Assembly (NCBI RefSeq): GCF_009914755.1
Contig: NC_060937.1
Strand: one strand, 5' to 3'
Source of the DNA: the human T2T-CHM13v2.0 reference genome, Homo sapiens
Length of the DNA stretch: 64,000 nucleotides
The translations under genes and the position numbers were made by a program. Every line of letters begins with the position of its first letter. The first letter of the stretch is position 1. The notes under the pieces are model-generated. The model searched no databases. It was not told the origin of the DNA and saw only the letters and a program-made list of their open reading frames with translations. Positions 43,548-59,000 of this stretch are shown here, one piece after another.

Positions 43548-45160
43548 GATTCTTATTTCTAAGATTCTGCTCTTGTTATGACACCATCTTTAGGTTATAT
43601 AGTAGACAGCTTTTGTTTTTACCCATTTGGCATCCATTTATTTAATTTTAGTAATGACTCCTGTCTTGGTTTGAGAACAGTCATACTTTCGCTGGATATA
43701 TTCCTTATTGCAACATTAATCAGCTTGTCAGAAAACTCTGCCAAATTTTGTGCATCTGACAAAGCTAGGCTAAATAGATGCTCTATCCTTTCAAATTAAG
43801 GTAAGGTACACAGGACTGAAACAGTGAATAGTCTATATCTACAGTCGTATACTAAAAAGACTGCACTAAATTCTGCATAAAGCTCATCTCCTCTTTAAGA
43901 ATAGATTATTTCCCACTCAAATTACGTGATATAATTTACATAATTCCAAAAAGCTCCTTATGCTTACATTAGGCATTTTATTATTGTTACTTGAGATCAA
44001 TTCTTCGCATGCAAAAATTGTTTCCAGAGAATGATTGCTCAGATCAGGTGGCCAGGAGCATGTAAATGATCCAATAATGTGGTGATAGAGTAAAAGACAG
44101 TGATATTCTAGTTCATGTTACAGAACGGGCATATTAACCCACGATAATGCAACTGGAGTGAGGATATCTTAGAATGAGACTTGGAAACATCCAAACTTTC
44201 AGTTTCCCCTAAACACACTCAGTAGTTCATGAAGATTTCCTTAGTTGTAAGACAAAACCAAGAAGGCCTTCTAGAGTTCATACTTGTTTATTATTATGCA
44301 ATCTAACAGGTGCTTTTGATATCAGTAAGTGTGTAGCATAGTAAAAGCAGAGACCAGATGGAATCATGCAATCACCATCAAATATTGAATAATTTTAATT
44401 ATCATAGACAACTAGAAATACTCAGTAATCATAGATACAAAAGTAGTCCAAACCTCAGAAATCTCTAGATGTGGATAAATAATTTGTATGAACACCCCAC
44501 TAGCAATAACAGGCAAAAGAAAGGAAAATTTATTCTTGTGAACATAGCTATGATTTGAGACACTCTGTGAAATAATTCCAACTATAATTTTCAGGCTTGA
44601 GTTGCTTCAAAGACTGAGTCCCTTAAATGTAAGTACCTTTGGGGAATATTTCTGCTATAAAATCACAAGTGCATATTTAAACTATCCTCTTGTCCTTGCC
44701 CAAAGTGTCCTATGATTATTAATATAGGAGACTGCATCTTTTAGACAAGCAAAATAACTAAATATGTTAAGGGAATATTTAATTCCGAACTTACTTGAAT
44801 CACATAGAAATTTGGACACCACCACTGTCCATGAGACAGACTGTGGTATTATGGAGAACAGATGACAAATGTAGTTTGATTTAATAGTGAAATCCTTTAC
44901 CTAGACATGTCTGTTACCTCTATAGTAGAAAAAGTTATATTCAGCTCCTTGAAGAATCCTAATATAATTAGAATTACTTTGGTTGTGGTGCTAAATAAAA
45001 GACATTGAATCTTTTGCTATTTACCTTGTGTATTCTTGCATCAACCACTTGAAACCCTCAGGAGTGAGATTTCTAACTTCTAAATCTGTCAGTGCTAATT
45101 GTTAATCAGGCAATTATAGCTGTTATTCCAGATGTAGACTTCTTATAAATTAATATGGTT

Positions 45161-45462
<302 letters not shown>

Positions 45463-45479
45463 TTAATATTGTCTTTAGC

Positions 45480-46350
45480 TGCTAGTATATGGTTATCAGT
45501 TTGGCAAAAACTTTCATCTATATTATGAAGAATAAAGTATATTATATTAGTAGAAATTGAACAAAGACGCCAAGACGGCTATAAAATAAAGGATTTATTA
45601 TAGGGATTAAACTGTGTAATTATGGGGGCTGACGGAGAATTCTCTAAAAGGCAATTGTGTATTAGAATTTAAGACACTGTAGTTAAGCTAGGTTCATGTT
45701 TTTTCAGATCTTTAGTCAAGAAGGAAATCTGGATATAAAATGGCAGAGAGCAAGGAAAACTGAAACCCTCAACATTATCAAACTTTCAAAGAAAACATGG
45801 AATGTAGGAGGAAAAACTAAAAGACACATATGTCTAGTGGAAATACAGAGTTGGGTCGTAGTAGTTCATAAGAGCCAATTGTTAATTTCCAGAATTTGTT
45901 GTGACAGTGAACATCCTAGTGGTAGGTGAAAATTGCCAAAGGGGGGAGACTTTTCATCATAGAAACTGGCAAATTCTAATTTGAACTTTTATTTTCTGGG
46001 AAGCCAGCTATTAAATATTCACTACTGACTCTAAATCTTGCTCAATTTTTCCATATTGTAAACCCTACTTCAGAAGTATTCAGAGAAAGGGATTCTAGAA
46101 AATGTAGTTCCAACTGAGCTAGTTTGACAAAGTACAAAGCCAGTGCACAGCCAGATGCAATGTTTCCACTTGTCGGGGATGCTATGGCTCCTTTCCATTT
46201 TACATAAAAGATATGTCAACTCTCTAATATGGCAATTTCTCAGAATGTGCCAATCATTTGCCAGGCTGATGATACTGTGCTGGTAGAATCTGAAAAATAT
46301 GTGGCAGTCAGATTCCTAACTAGGGAATCTCACCATAAATTCCCTTGGTG
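45480..46350. mobile_element. MLT2-like LTR pieces plus an ERVL-like RT relic
   Basis: ggatttattataggga..attatgggggctg and cagagaaagggattctagaaaatgtagt (MLT2-like); agatatgtcaactct (YVNS) then gctgatgat on + at ~46210-46275. Confidence 0.45.
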
Positions 46351-46376
46351 GCTTGGAGCCCATTTATCTATAACAT

Positions 46377-46845
46377 TGTGGGGGACTGAATTTTATTCCT
46401 GACTCTTCATGTCCCCGTTAGTAGTAGTACGAACTGCACACTTGCAACATTTTCATTGTGAGTGGAGTACACTTCTACTTTCCTAGACCATGAATTTCTG
46501 CTAAGCCATGTGACTTGCTTTAGCCAATGAGATGAAAGTATCAGCATGAAATATGTATGGATGTTTGGATTAGTGCATTTGTGCTTCTGCTACTGCAACA
46601 TGGCAAGAAATACTCCAGACAGCCACTATTTCTGAAGCCTGACGCCAAGCCCAGCTGAGCTGAGCTGAGGCCAGCTGAGTTCACAGAAATTTTCAGCTAA
46701 CCTGCAAATCTGTGACTTGAAGCAGAACCATACCAGCTGACCTAGAGAGCTATAGAAAAGAAGATAAAAGCTTACCATTGGATGCCAGTAGGCTTTGGGG
46801 GAGGGAGATATTAATAAGCATTATTGGGCAAGAGTTAACTAACAC
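46377..46845 (+). mobile_element. MLT1 MaLR LTR
   Basis: ccatgtgacttgctttagccaatgagatg..ccagctgagc..aactaacaca. Confidence 0.7.
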
Positions 46846-47300
46846 AGCCACTTTGTAAAAAGCTGATTTTTCTTACAATGTTTTTAAATTAACTAAAAAT
46901 ATATGGCTTAAAATAGATTTGATACAATCGTTTATAATATATTAGTTTGAATTTAGGCAAAAATGTATTTAAAATATAGAGAATCATATAATCATCTTTC
47001 CAGGGCAGTGGGAAAGAACAGAACATGCGTGCAGTTGATGGCAAAGATATTCCACTTGTAAAAAAAAAACCTCTGTTGGAAGTATTTTTCTTGTCCTGAC
47101 TTGTGAGAAAGGATACAACCTCTCCTGGAATCTGACAACACTTCACTACCTCTTTTCTGTACATTCAACGGGCATCATATCCTGCCCTGAGAGCCAATAA
47201 TCTACTCTTACATTACCTTTTAGCATCATCCTTGTTTCTTGACACTGAAATGAGGGGAAATAGCATGACAAATATATTTTTCTTAAATATTATAATGCTT

Positions 47301-48165
47301 TGTGTAACTTTCCTAGTGATGCTGTAACAAATGGCCACAAACTCGGTGATTTAAAACAATGGAAATTTATTTTTACATGATTCTAGAGACTAGAGGTTTG
47401 AAATCAAGGTTTCCACAGGTTCACTCTCTCTCTGAATGGTGTATGGAAAAACCATTTCTTTCCTCTTCTTAGCTTCTGGTGGCTCCAATAAATCCTTGCC
47501 ATTTCTTAGCTCCTGGCTGTGCTCCAATCTCTTCCTCTGTCTTTGTATATTATTTTCTCTGTGTGTTTGTTTCCTGTACTCTTTTTATCATGTAACCAAA
47601 TAATTGAATTTAAGGCTTACCTAATCCTCTATGGCTTCACCTTAACTAATTACAACTTCAAAGACCCTATTTCCAATAAGGTCAAATTCCGAGGTTCAGG
47701 GTAGATATGAATTTTTGGAAATAATTATTAAGACCATTATAGTCTGCCCTATCATCCCCTAAAATTCACATCTGTCTCTCATGCATTCACCTCATCTCAA
47801 TATCCCCCAACACATTCCAGCATTAACTCTAAATCCAAAATCTCATCTAAACTTCAACTCAAAATAATCTAAATTTTATCTGGATCAGGTAGGTGACACT
47901 CTGGGTATGTTCTTGGGCAAAATTGTTTTCTATCTATGGAACTATAAAAGTCAAAAACAAGTTACCTGCTTATAAAATACAATGATGGGACTGGCAAAGG
48001 GTAGGCATTCCCCCTTAGAAGGGGAGAAAATGGGAAAAATAAAGGGAGCACTGCTCTAAAGCAAGTTAGTTCATAGCTAAGCAGAGCAGATTCCATCAAA
48101 TATCAAGATCTGAATTATTCCAAGAATCTTCTGTGGCTTGATACTCTGTCCTTTGGGTCCTGGGC
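47301..48165 (-). mobile_element. MLT1 (B/C-like) LTR plus adjacent internal sequence
   Basis: gctgtaacaaatggccacaaact..aaagaccctatttccaataaggtca, then MaLR-internal aaacaagttacctgct..aaaatacaatgatggga. Confidence 0.75.
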
Positions 48166-48179
48166 AGCAGGAGTGCCCC

Positions 48180-49530
48180 CACCTTATTCATAACAAACCA
48201 TGTCACATCTTGGTGGCTTAAATGACAATTTATTATTATCTTGAAGGGTTTCATAGGTTAACTTGGCACAGCTGGTGGTACTTGCTTGGGTCGCTCATGA
48301 AATTGCAAACAGATTGCATCTGAGGCTGGAATCCCTTGAATGCTCAACTGGTCTGGACATGCCAGATGGTCGGCTCAAAATACCAACAATTGATATTTAC
48401 CCTTGGATGGGGCTGTTTACTGGATCCTGCACATGGTGTCTCCGTGTGACTGGGCTCTCAAAACATGGCAGCTGTGTTCTGGGAGGGAACATGCCAAGAA
48501 CAAGAGTCTCCAGAAGCAGAAATATGAAGTTACTGGGCAAATTGGAGGCTACTCTCTGAGCAACCACATTGTCACTTCTGCCATATTTCATTGGTCAAAG
48601 CAGTCATGAGCCTTGTCAGATTCAAGAGAGTTAACAGACAAAATCTATATCTTAATACAGGAGTGACAAAGGCATGTTGCAGAAGAGAATATGGGATGAG
48701 AGCTACTATTTTGACCATCTTCCTAACTAGAGCCACCAGGTTCTTAAATATATTTTCTATTTTCCATGTTATTGCAAACTGTTGCAGACTGTGTTGTTAT
48801 ACCTTCCAATACTGTATAATATAGGTCATGTTTTCCTCCCTCCTCCACTACAATATTTTCTTACATTTCTTTTGTCTCCTCAAGGCTTCCGTGCTTTTGC
48901 CTATTGCCTATTCATAATACTAATGTCATATGTTGAGGATATTTTTTAGAATAGAACCTCAAGTCCAGAAACCAATTTCTGTTCCAGTTATCTATTCTTG
49001 CATACCAAGCACCCCAATATGTAGCAGTATAAAGCAATCATTTATTATTAGCTTTTGTATTTCTGTAGGTTGTCTGGGCTTAACTAAGTTATTCTTATTC
49101 AGGTACCTCATCTATTATACTCAGGAGCAGCTACAGCTAGAGTCACCAAGAAGGGTCGCTGACATGGTAGTTGATGCTAGCAGGTCAGCTGGGAGGTCAG
49201 CTGCGGCTTTCTGGCAGAGTATCTACATGTGGTCTCTCTCTCAAGGTGACTTGGACTTCAAACAGGATGGTACCCATGTCCCACTGGAGAACAACTCAAG
49301 CATCAATATTCCAAAATTTGTGATGCTTCAAGATTGATTGAGGATCAATCACAGTTTCCCAGAACTGGAAAGGTCCTACTTTTCCCCTGCTCTACTTGTT
49401 AAGCTGCCTCCACAGCCTGCTCATGTTCAAGGGCCTGGAGAAATAAAATGTTTCTTCATGAAAGCATGGCAATGTCACATTGCAGAAGTGCATGTGGGAA
49501 TAAACATATTGTTGTGGCCAACTTTGGAAA
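48180..49530 (-). mobile_element. Two adjacent decayed MLT1 LTRs
   Basis: cacttctgccatatttcattggtcaaagcagtca; ttctgttccagttatctatt..gcataccaagcacccc. Confidence 0.6.
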
Positions 49531-50472
49531 ATATAAATTCTCAAAATCACTTTGGAAAGGGTTTCTCTTTTGACAGAAATCAAAAGGTAACCATCTAAAA
49601 GCACTTCTCCTTTCATTCTGGGCACAGAGCTGGATAATATTTCTAATTTCTGTAACTCTTAGGAATGGCTATATCACTTACATTTAGCCAATGGAATGCA
49701 CACACAAATGTGTATTCCACCCCCTGGTCTGAGCCATAGTTCTCCGCAGTGATATCCCTCATATTATTTCTCTTTTCACTTTACTATTGTGACAATGCCT
49801 AGGGAAACCTAGGGAGGCATATGTTAAAGTTGGCAGAATTTCTGTGACCCTGAGTCTAATTTGATCCTCAATGACTTTCATCCCTGTGTTGAGTGTGAGC
49901 AAAATCTATCAATAGGATGAGATAGTACTTCCATGAGTACGTTATAGTTTATAGCAAATGAGATTTTTACAGTGTAATTAGAGTTGGAAATCACTGCTTT
50001 TTAACTGTGTCAAATGAGTCATTAAACTTGTCCTCTGTGTAATTTTTGTTGTTTTTTCTTTTATTTCGTTGCCTTGTTACTAATGTTATATCTTATGGTT
50101 AACTTGGCCCTGTACATATCTTTAATTTTAATTTTATTTTTTCAGAAATAGTAAATGAATTTGTTTTAAATTTTGTATCCAGTAATTCCAGTCTCCTAAC
50201 ACATGATGCCTCTCTTTTTGTTTTTTCAACCTTCAGTTTCTTATTTCCAATTATGGCATGTTTTCTTCAAATACTTGTGGGATATCTCTGAAGCCTGGAG
50301 TGCAGATTTTTCAAACTGTCCATTCACACTTTTTAGTTGTTTCAGTGGAGGTTTCGTCTAAATATTCTGGTGCATTGTATTATTGGAATTGTATATCTCA
50401 AATAATATGTCTTGCTTTCACTTAACCTGGAACAAGAGCTGATGTGAGGTCAACATATAAAAAAAAATTATT

Positions 50473-50793
<321 letters not shown>

Positions 50794-51718
50794 TTATCCA
50801 GCCAAGTGTGAGGTAACCTGCCTGTGGTAAACGTAGATGGCTAATGTCAAACTTGTTTAGGAAAAAAGTAAATAAATAGACCTATTTTAATTACTTAGAA
50901 ATTAAGACTATCCATGGACTGTGTATGATTATCAAGAGATGTACATTACAAATTAGGTTATTTAAAATTTGCCAGAGAAGGTGACCACTTTAAGATTAAT
51001 GAGTTCATGAACAGAATGAGAATTGTGACAAAACTGCTGCCTACAAATGGGCCCAAAAATATGGGCTATTCTCACCATAGATATCCCTGCCTCTGCTACT
51101 GCAAGATTTTCTACAGGCAATCACTAACAAAAAATCACTATGTGCTCCTAATATGTCAGAATAGTTAGTGATTTTTTAATGCAATAAGCAATTATTTTGT
51201 AATTTTTAAATTGTACTTATTCTCAGACTTCTTCCACTATTATAATTTGGAAATTCATTGAAGATTTTTAAGATGTCTCACACAGCCTTGCTTATACCTC
51301 ATATATCACTGGAGGAGCTAGTACACATGAAATATACTCTTCCTAACACATTTACCTTACTATGGAATTAATTTGCTTTTACTGTAGATTGGTGATGTGG
51401 CTTTTGAAAGTCAAGTTATAGCATGAGTAATGTGACAATGCATTGAGATGCAATGCTTTCTAGCAGAATGTAGAATATACTATAAATTCGTAACTTATAT
51501 ATGATTTTTTTCCTTCCATGTCAAGACTACATGTTGCTTGGAAACAAGGTATGGGAGTGTAGGAAGAGTCTTCTATGATTATTCCTAAACATGTTGCCCA
51601 AGTATTTGCTTATCATGACACTGTGCTACCTTCTTAGAGATATTCTAATATTAAAACAAGATGTACTTTCACCAGAGATTGCTTCTGAGACAGTAACTTG
51701 TTCATTCTCAATTTTTTA

Positions 51719-52209
<491 letters not shown>

Positions 52210-52239
52210 TCACATTACGTTCTAATGTGGATGGTGACA

Positions 52240-54330
52240 GCTTTAGTGATTTGAGGGTGGAAGAGGTGATGCTGCAGGATGTACTTCCAATAGAGCTTTT
52301 TTAACTTAGTGCTTGGTGCCTTAACATACGTGAGTGGAAGGCTCCACTCATCTGGATCTGATGTTCAGAAGTGTTAATATAGTCTCTCTAGCATAATGAC
52401 CTCTGCATAGCTGGGATGCAACTCAGCTCAGTTTTACAGTGCATAAGGTGGAAACTACATGGCATTTCATGACCTAGGCTTGAAAATTACATAGCACCAC
52501 CAGCTGCTGAACTTAGTTTGTCAAAGCAGGCATAAAATCACCCTCATCCAAGCCAGAGTGACATAGTCTCAACCTCTCTATAGGATGTGCCACAATGTGC
52601 GCACCTATTTTCTAAAGCCCTATAACCCACCCTGTGCTCACAAATTATTTTTATGCTTCCTGCATATAAAATAAACTCCCTCCCTCCCATGATCCCCCAA
52701 AAGTCCACCCCTTTTATGACATTAGGCTCAGGCTTAAGTTCTAGGATTGCTTCATCGATATCAGGTCAAAATGCATATGAGACTCCTCAGTCTTTGTTCT
52801 TTAGTATAACTTCTATCAATCTGAAAACTAATGAACTAGAGACAAATTACCTGCCTCTCTCATAATGAACATAAAATGCAAGAAAAGACATTGCATAACT
52901 GTAATAGCCCATAAGCAAAATAGCAAAAGGGAAAGTGCTCACTTTTTGTAGCAAATCTGAAATCAAGCCAAGCGGATATAGCTGGGTTTATTATTATTAT
53001 TATTATTATTATTAGACTCCTGTCTTACTTCCTGGGAATGGTTGTCCATGATTTTAGGCAGAGGAACTAACTCTCCACCTTAGTCATCCTTGCCTTTCCA
53101 TAAGAAATACAACTATAACAGATAATTTTCTCAGTCCCCTTACTACCTATCAAAGTTTGGGGCTTCATTTTAATGTTTTACTCTGTTCCTTTACTCCAAG
53201 CTGTGTTTTCAGAGAGTGTTTTATAATCTTCTATATAATTCAGTCCATTAGACTAAAGCCATACACACAAATCTCACTGAAAGTCACCCTTCTTTACTTT
53301 AGTTTCCTCTGAGTTTGCTGTGAGAAAACAGCAAGAAGATTCATAATAATCATATTGTTTGAGAGAAGAACCACAAAGCACACCCTTCAGAACTTTTTTT
53401 CTATCTGAAATATCTTATGATGCATAAGCTTAAATCTTTTTCATAATATTGCCTAAGGGATTTATAGTTACAGTCTTGGCTAAATCTTTATCCTGACAGT
53501 ACTTTTCATTTTATCTTAATATTGTGTCTTATTTAAAGCATCTTTAAAGGAATCTTATCCCAGGACAGATTTCAGATGAAAGATAGCTTTATTTTTGAAC
53601 ACAGCATGTTTAATTACCTTTATAATTTTCTCTAAATTTTTCCTGAAAATTAGAGAATTTCATCTTTACCGTGTCTCTAGATTTCTACCACATAATATGC
53701 AGCCAGAAGAAGCCAGTTCCGCTTCTACCAATGACGTGTTCACTTTCCATAGCCAGTTTCTGATAGTTCAACAGACATATTTTTTACTTTCCACTTAATG
53801 CAGGTAAACATTTGCTAAATGTAGTGTAGTAGATTACAAGGGTCTCTGTTCCTGCAGTTTTTATAACATTTTTCTTACTTGAAGTTGTCATTAACAACCT
53901 TCTGGGGGCCTATCAGGCTTCTGTTAACAGTGTCTTCAAAACTCTACCTCATTCTGCCTGTCACGTGGTCACAAACCCAGTATTATACAGTTTCAGATTT
54001 TTCTTACAGTAGCCTCTCACTTCCAGGTAACTTGGTTTGCATGGAACTTGGAGGAATAGTGCTGGAGTATCCACTTCCAAGGCAGTTTCTTTACCATGAT
54101 GTTTGGCATATTGGTTGAGTTGGATGGAAGGCTGGAATTAGCTGGCAGAGAGCTGACCTATGAGTTCTTCAGAATGGCAGTGTCATGGTATTTGAACTTC
54201 TTTCATGATAGCTCAATGTTTTGGCAAAATAAATGTCAAATCTGCATTACCTTTTAGGCTTAGAAGTCATTTCTGCAGTTGTATATGGGTCAAAGCAGTG
54301 GCAAGCCCATTCATGTTCAAGAATTTCAAA
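52240..54330 (-). mobile_element. MLT1 LTR / internal / LTR remnants
   Basis: MLT1-like LTR ends flanking a MaLR-internal-like region (aactagagacaaattacctgcc, atcaggtcaaaatgcatatgagactcc). Confidence 0.6.
52989..53013. repeat. (TTA)n microsatellite
   Basis: Direct observation. Confidence 0.95.
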
Positions 54331-57262
54331 AAAATTGGTGGCCAGGTTCTAAGATCACCATATTGGAAATTCCATTTATACATGTAAAGCATCTGAGAGA
54401 CAGAATGAGTGGATTTTATTTGTTCCTTTTTGGAAATAGGGGTGGAAAAAAGGAACGGAATAGGAAAAAGGGACGTAAGGACCATAAAGTTAGCTGATTT
54501 CCTCAGGATAACTGCAAATAAGTGGTGGAACTAGAAAATAACACTACGTACTCTTTTTACTTTTCTGCTACTTTTGGAGTAAAGGGAATGGAAAAGAATA
54601 AGTTATGGCTCAAATCAGTTTGTTTCTCAATATGTCCAAATTCAGCATGAAAAGGAAAGAAATGGTAAGACAGAAAGCCCAAAGTAAACTATGCTTTTCT
54701 GAATATTTTGTTGAATATAGCTCAAGCTTTTTGAGAACTTGTTTCTCTTGGTATATTGCATTATACTTAACTTGGGAAGTCTTTTTTCTGCACATGCATC
54801 TGCTCTACAAATAAATTATACAATTCTCAAGGACAAAGTAACTGGTTAGTTTATATCATTTTCCAACATTTCCCACAATGAGTTCATAAATGTTAATTCC
54901 ATTTTGGCAATTACATAAAATGTATAATTATTTGGAAACAATTCACATGCTTTTTCTGTCTTTGTAGGCATGTGAATGTTCAAATATGAAACATTTATAT
55001 TGCATTAATATATTTTACATTTTATTAAATGCTCAAAATTATATATTGACTAAATTTTGGATATAAACTTAGTAAATCCCATAATTAACACACCATACCA
55101 TAATAATCAGGACAAAATAAAATGTCTGATATTGACCTACTTTTGTTTTCACTAAAATAATCATAAATTTTACATTCATATTATTATAGAATTGTCTAGA
55201 AACAAGTAATGATCTTTTATACTGTTGCCTTTTTATTTTATCTTAGTTCACAGAGAAGCTACAGACTAAATATAAATACATATGTATGATTTGTAAATCA
55301 CTCTTCCCTACTTATTTATTGAGTAAAATCATTGAATTTGCCAAAGTTTCACTAAAAAGTGTGGAAAGACAATGCTCATTTTGGCAGTATACAGTTTGCG
55401 TCAGTTAGCACAACACATCAAATGTGATTTATAACAGATGGTGATACAAAAGCAAAGTAGGGTTTCCCTTTTAGTGCTTTTATATTTATGTGTCTATTTA
55501 TTGGGGAAGAAAACAGCTAATCTGCTAATATTTTAAGATGGAAATTGAGTTTTAAGAGAAAAAATTCTGAAAAAAGGATTAATTTCAATGTTATGTTGAA
55601 GATACCATAAAACTGTAGAAATAAAAATAAAAGCTCTTCAGTTCACAGTCTGCTGTGTATAGCAATGAAAAAAATGGCAAGAACAGTTGTAAAACTTTGT
55701 GTGTGCAAAACCATACTCAAAAACGATACTCATTCAGAGTATTTTCACTAATGCTTGGCGTATGATGAATAACTGACCTAAGTTCATTGCTAACACCGAA
55801 TAATGTCTTGGCAAATAAGTGACAATGACATAAATGAACTCAAATATACAAATAATATCACTGATTTTTTTATCTTGTATACAAATCAAAAGTGCTTTGG
55901 TATATATTTTTTCTTGCTTGAATCTTATGATAGTTTTGTATCTTTTATTCTTAGTTAAGAAAATTGCAGTTTAAAAAGCAATTTATTTAGTTTATTGAGC
56001 AGATATTTTGTGTTGTGCAGATTATGCTTCACTGTACAACTTTCAAAACTATGCCACATAATCAAAATACAGGAAAAGTCAACTTCAGAAAGAACAGATT
56101 ACCAAAGCACTAACAGAGGTAGTTTTGTTATGATATTGGTAGAGGTTTAAGCTTTGGGATAGCTCTACACTCCCTTACATAAAACATCCTAAACTAGGCA
56201 CATGTCTCTGGATGCCCTAACACATTTTAGTTTGAATGTATTTCAGAACCCCCACTGGTAGATTCTCCACGTCATCATATGGAGGTATAGTCATCAACAC
56301 TGTTTTACTTTTGTCTTGTGATTTAGAAGAATCTGTGGCCATCCTGGAAATAAACAGAGTGACATGGTGACAATTGTGGATCCTCTCCTTTGGGATAATG
56401 CACTGTGTATCCCATTGCAAGTGCTTCTCAGACATCAGTGCAACGACCTCTTCAGTAATCTGACCTAAAATGTAAGAGACTTGAGAGCAAAGATCATGTT
56501 TTGTTCATTATTTTACTCCTAGTACCTAGGACAGTCCCCACCAGCAAATGCCTGTTCAGTGATGGATATGCTAAAATCTCCTTTATTATAGATGCATTTA
56601 TTTCATGGAAAAATAGAAAGGTTACGCTACTGAGGGCTCAACAGCTTTATGAATTAATATAGGGCTTCTCAGAAACAGTAAATATTTCTAGCACTAATCT
56701 CCTAAGAATAAAAGGAGTGGGTTGTCCCAAATAGTGCATAGGTGATGAATCTGGATGGCTTTAGATAAGAGCAGAGGAAATTGTCTATTTATCACTGACC
56801 CTAAAGTGAAATTCAAATTGAATTTATGTCTACTTTATAGATGGTGACTAGGAACAAGAAAATTGAGACAATTGAAACCACTAGAATAGATTATTACCTG
56901 GAGATATAATTAATAGTCCAAATTACATGATGTCATGTTACTCTTTGTGCAAACTTCTGTAGATGTTGATATATGTATGTGGCTTTTAGGTATGAGTTTT
57001 ACTGTACCATAAAATAATACAACATATTTTTCCCCATTTAATAATTGATTCATTATTTACCCTACAAACAATCATGCATAAACACACTTGACCCTCCACC
57101 ACACACATACAAACCTTTCTTATTATTGTCACTAGGTCCTTTATATATTGGGGTCTTGACATCTTTCTTTTATTATTAATACAATTTTAGCATTATTAGA
57201 GTTGCATTAAGATAGCATTAAAATCTGATTAACTGTGTGAGTTCAATTTTTTTAAAAGCAGT

Positions 57263-57385
57263 TTTTTTTTTTAAATTTGATAAGGAGTTTTGCTATTTTG
57301 CTGACTGGTCTCAAATTTCTGGGCTGAAAGGATCCTCCAGCCTCAGCCTCTGGAGTGGCTGAGACTACAGGTGCAAGCCCCATGC
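57263..57385 (-). mobile_element. FLAM/Alu left monomer
   Basis: ctggtctcaaatttctgggctgaaaggatcctccagcctcagcctc..gagactacaggtg. Confidence 0.85.
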
Positions 57386-57919
57386 TAAAAACAGCAATTT
57401 TTGGAGGGGAAAACACCTCAAATACATTACTTTCCAAAAGTCTTTGATCATTAACTTTTATAAAAATGAGAACACCTTAATCTAAAATACAAGTTGAAGA
57501 AGTTATTAAAAAAATAAATTTAAAAAGAGAAGAACCATGTCAAATATAGAAAAACTAATGCAAGCAAGAGTGGGGAAGGGCAGTTAGAGACTGCTAGGGA
57601 ATCTAATATAATACACACACAAAATCACTCTTATAGTTTAAGACTCTAAGTATGTTGAATTATGTTGATAAAGTTGAAAGAAACAATAGAGTCTGAAGCC
57701 AGAAATATATTACTAAGAATATTAAAACATAGAGGCATGTCTGGCAAACCAATGGTAATTCCTGTGCCACTATTTTAAAATTATTTTACTGGACATGAAT
57801 GGAATATATGCCATATTATCATGAGGTTGTTCCCTAGTATCAATTAGGTAAAGTAAAAAAAGTGTTGAAAGAATACAAAGTTCTCTTTGATTTGACTCTG
57901 ACCAACCAACATTCTCAGA

Positions 57920-58345
57920 CTCAACACCTAAGCAGATCAAACTGTACACTTTTTCTTATTCTCTCTATAGCAAACTATCACCTAATCCAAAACCATCCGG
58001 CTCATTCCTCATCCACATGCTCCACCTTCAGTGTCAAAATCTCTGGGGAATCCTCTTATGACCCCCTCAGTTAGCTGAATACCTCTCAGTTTTCTCTTCT
58101 GGACTGTAAGTCATATGGCATCATGGGTTATTTTTTCTTCTACTCACTTGGCACAAGATGAAGAGAGAAAAATGTATCCTTCCCTGCTAATTTGTACTTT
58201 GTTTCTTCCATGTTCCTGTATTGGGACCCATCTCCTTCCAAGATGAATATTCATCCTCATAGACATACAATACCGCTTAGTGTTACTTCGTTGGCATAGC
58301 ATAGAATACACAGAATAAATGATTATTTGATATATAAATGAATTA
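57920..58345 (+). mobile_element. L2 fragment
   Basis: Pyrimidine-rich decayed L2 3' region. Confidence 0.45.
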
Positions 58346-58739
58346 AAGCATTTCTATCCTTATTTTACTTAAAGAAAAATTAAGTTATGGAAAAAATGAT
58401 TAGAATTCTGAAGAACATTTTAAAATCGAGGTTATATGATTTCTAACCTATAATAGGGTAGAAATTAACTGTGAATTAAGCAAATAAATTAATCAAATAA
58501 AAATTATTGGTGTTTTAGAAATATGAAGTGTAGTTGAATCTATTTGTTGTCATTTGCTTCTCATTAGCTATTTTTACCAAATTGTCTAACAAATATGTCT
58601 GAGTTTAATAATTTTTTTCAAGAATGATTTAGTTTCTTTACATTTTAACTACTTGTAGGTAAGTAAATTTCAAGGTAAATTTACTAAACGCATTCAATGG
58701 CATGGATTTAGTCAAGTTATGTAGAAGAAATAACACAGT

Positions 58740-59000
58740 ACCATTCAGCAGATAAGAAAAGGGGCTAAGAAATCAGAATCTGTATATAAACAGATTCTTG
58801 GTCAGCTCTCATTCCTGAAATTTACTAACCTGTAACTATGGACAAGATTATACTGACCTTTACCATTTGTACAAATGGGATAATATTAGTCCTTTCTACT
58901 TAATGCATTAGAGGGATTGAATGAAATAAAATTTACAATAAATTTCCACAGTGCCTGGAACATGATAGATGTTCAATAAATATAAGCTATTATTAATTTT
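58740..59000 (+). mobile_element. MIR
   Basis: tgtaactatggacaagatta..catttgtacaaatgggataata..cagtgcctggaacatgatag..tcaataaat. Confidence 0.75.

Larger units (their letters stand above)
39760..44880 (-). mobile_element. DIRS-like retrotransposon relic, unit 5
   Basis: gag open frame 43795-43622 (SMTV..RQESLLK..W) then KQKLSTI; RT YLPFLMV......*RSVL ~42665-42608, PKQ...RIMFLD ~42299-42264; RH FSSGLKGRCVDI ~42181-42146; MT IRQD 41824-41813, AP.......W; YR AAI(S)AF ~40936-40917, LSHKGPP ~40515, A*ITAA 40426-40409, FLSK 40291-40280, VTA..H ~39963-39945. Confidence 0.68.
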
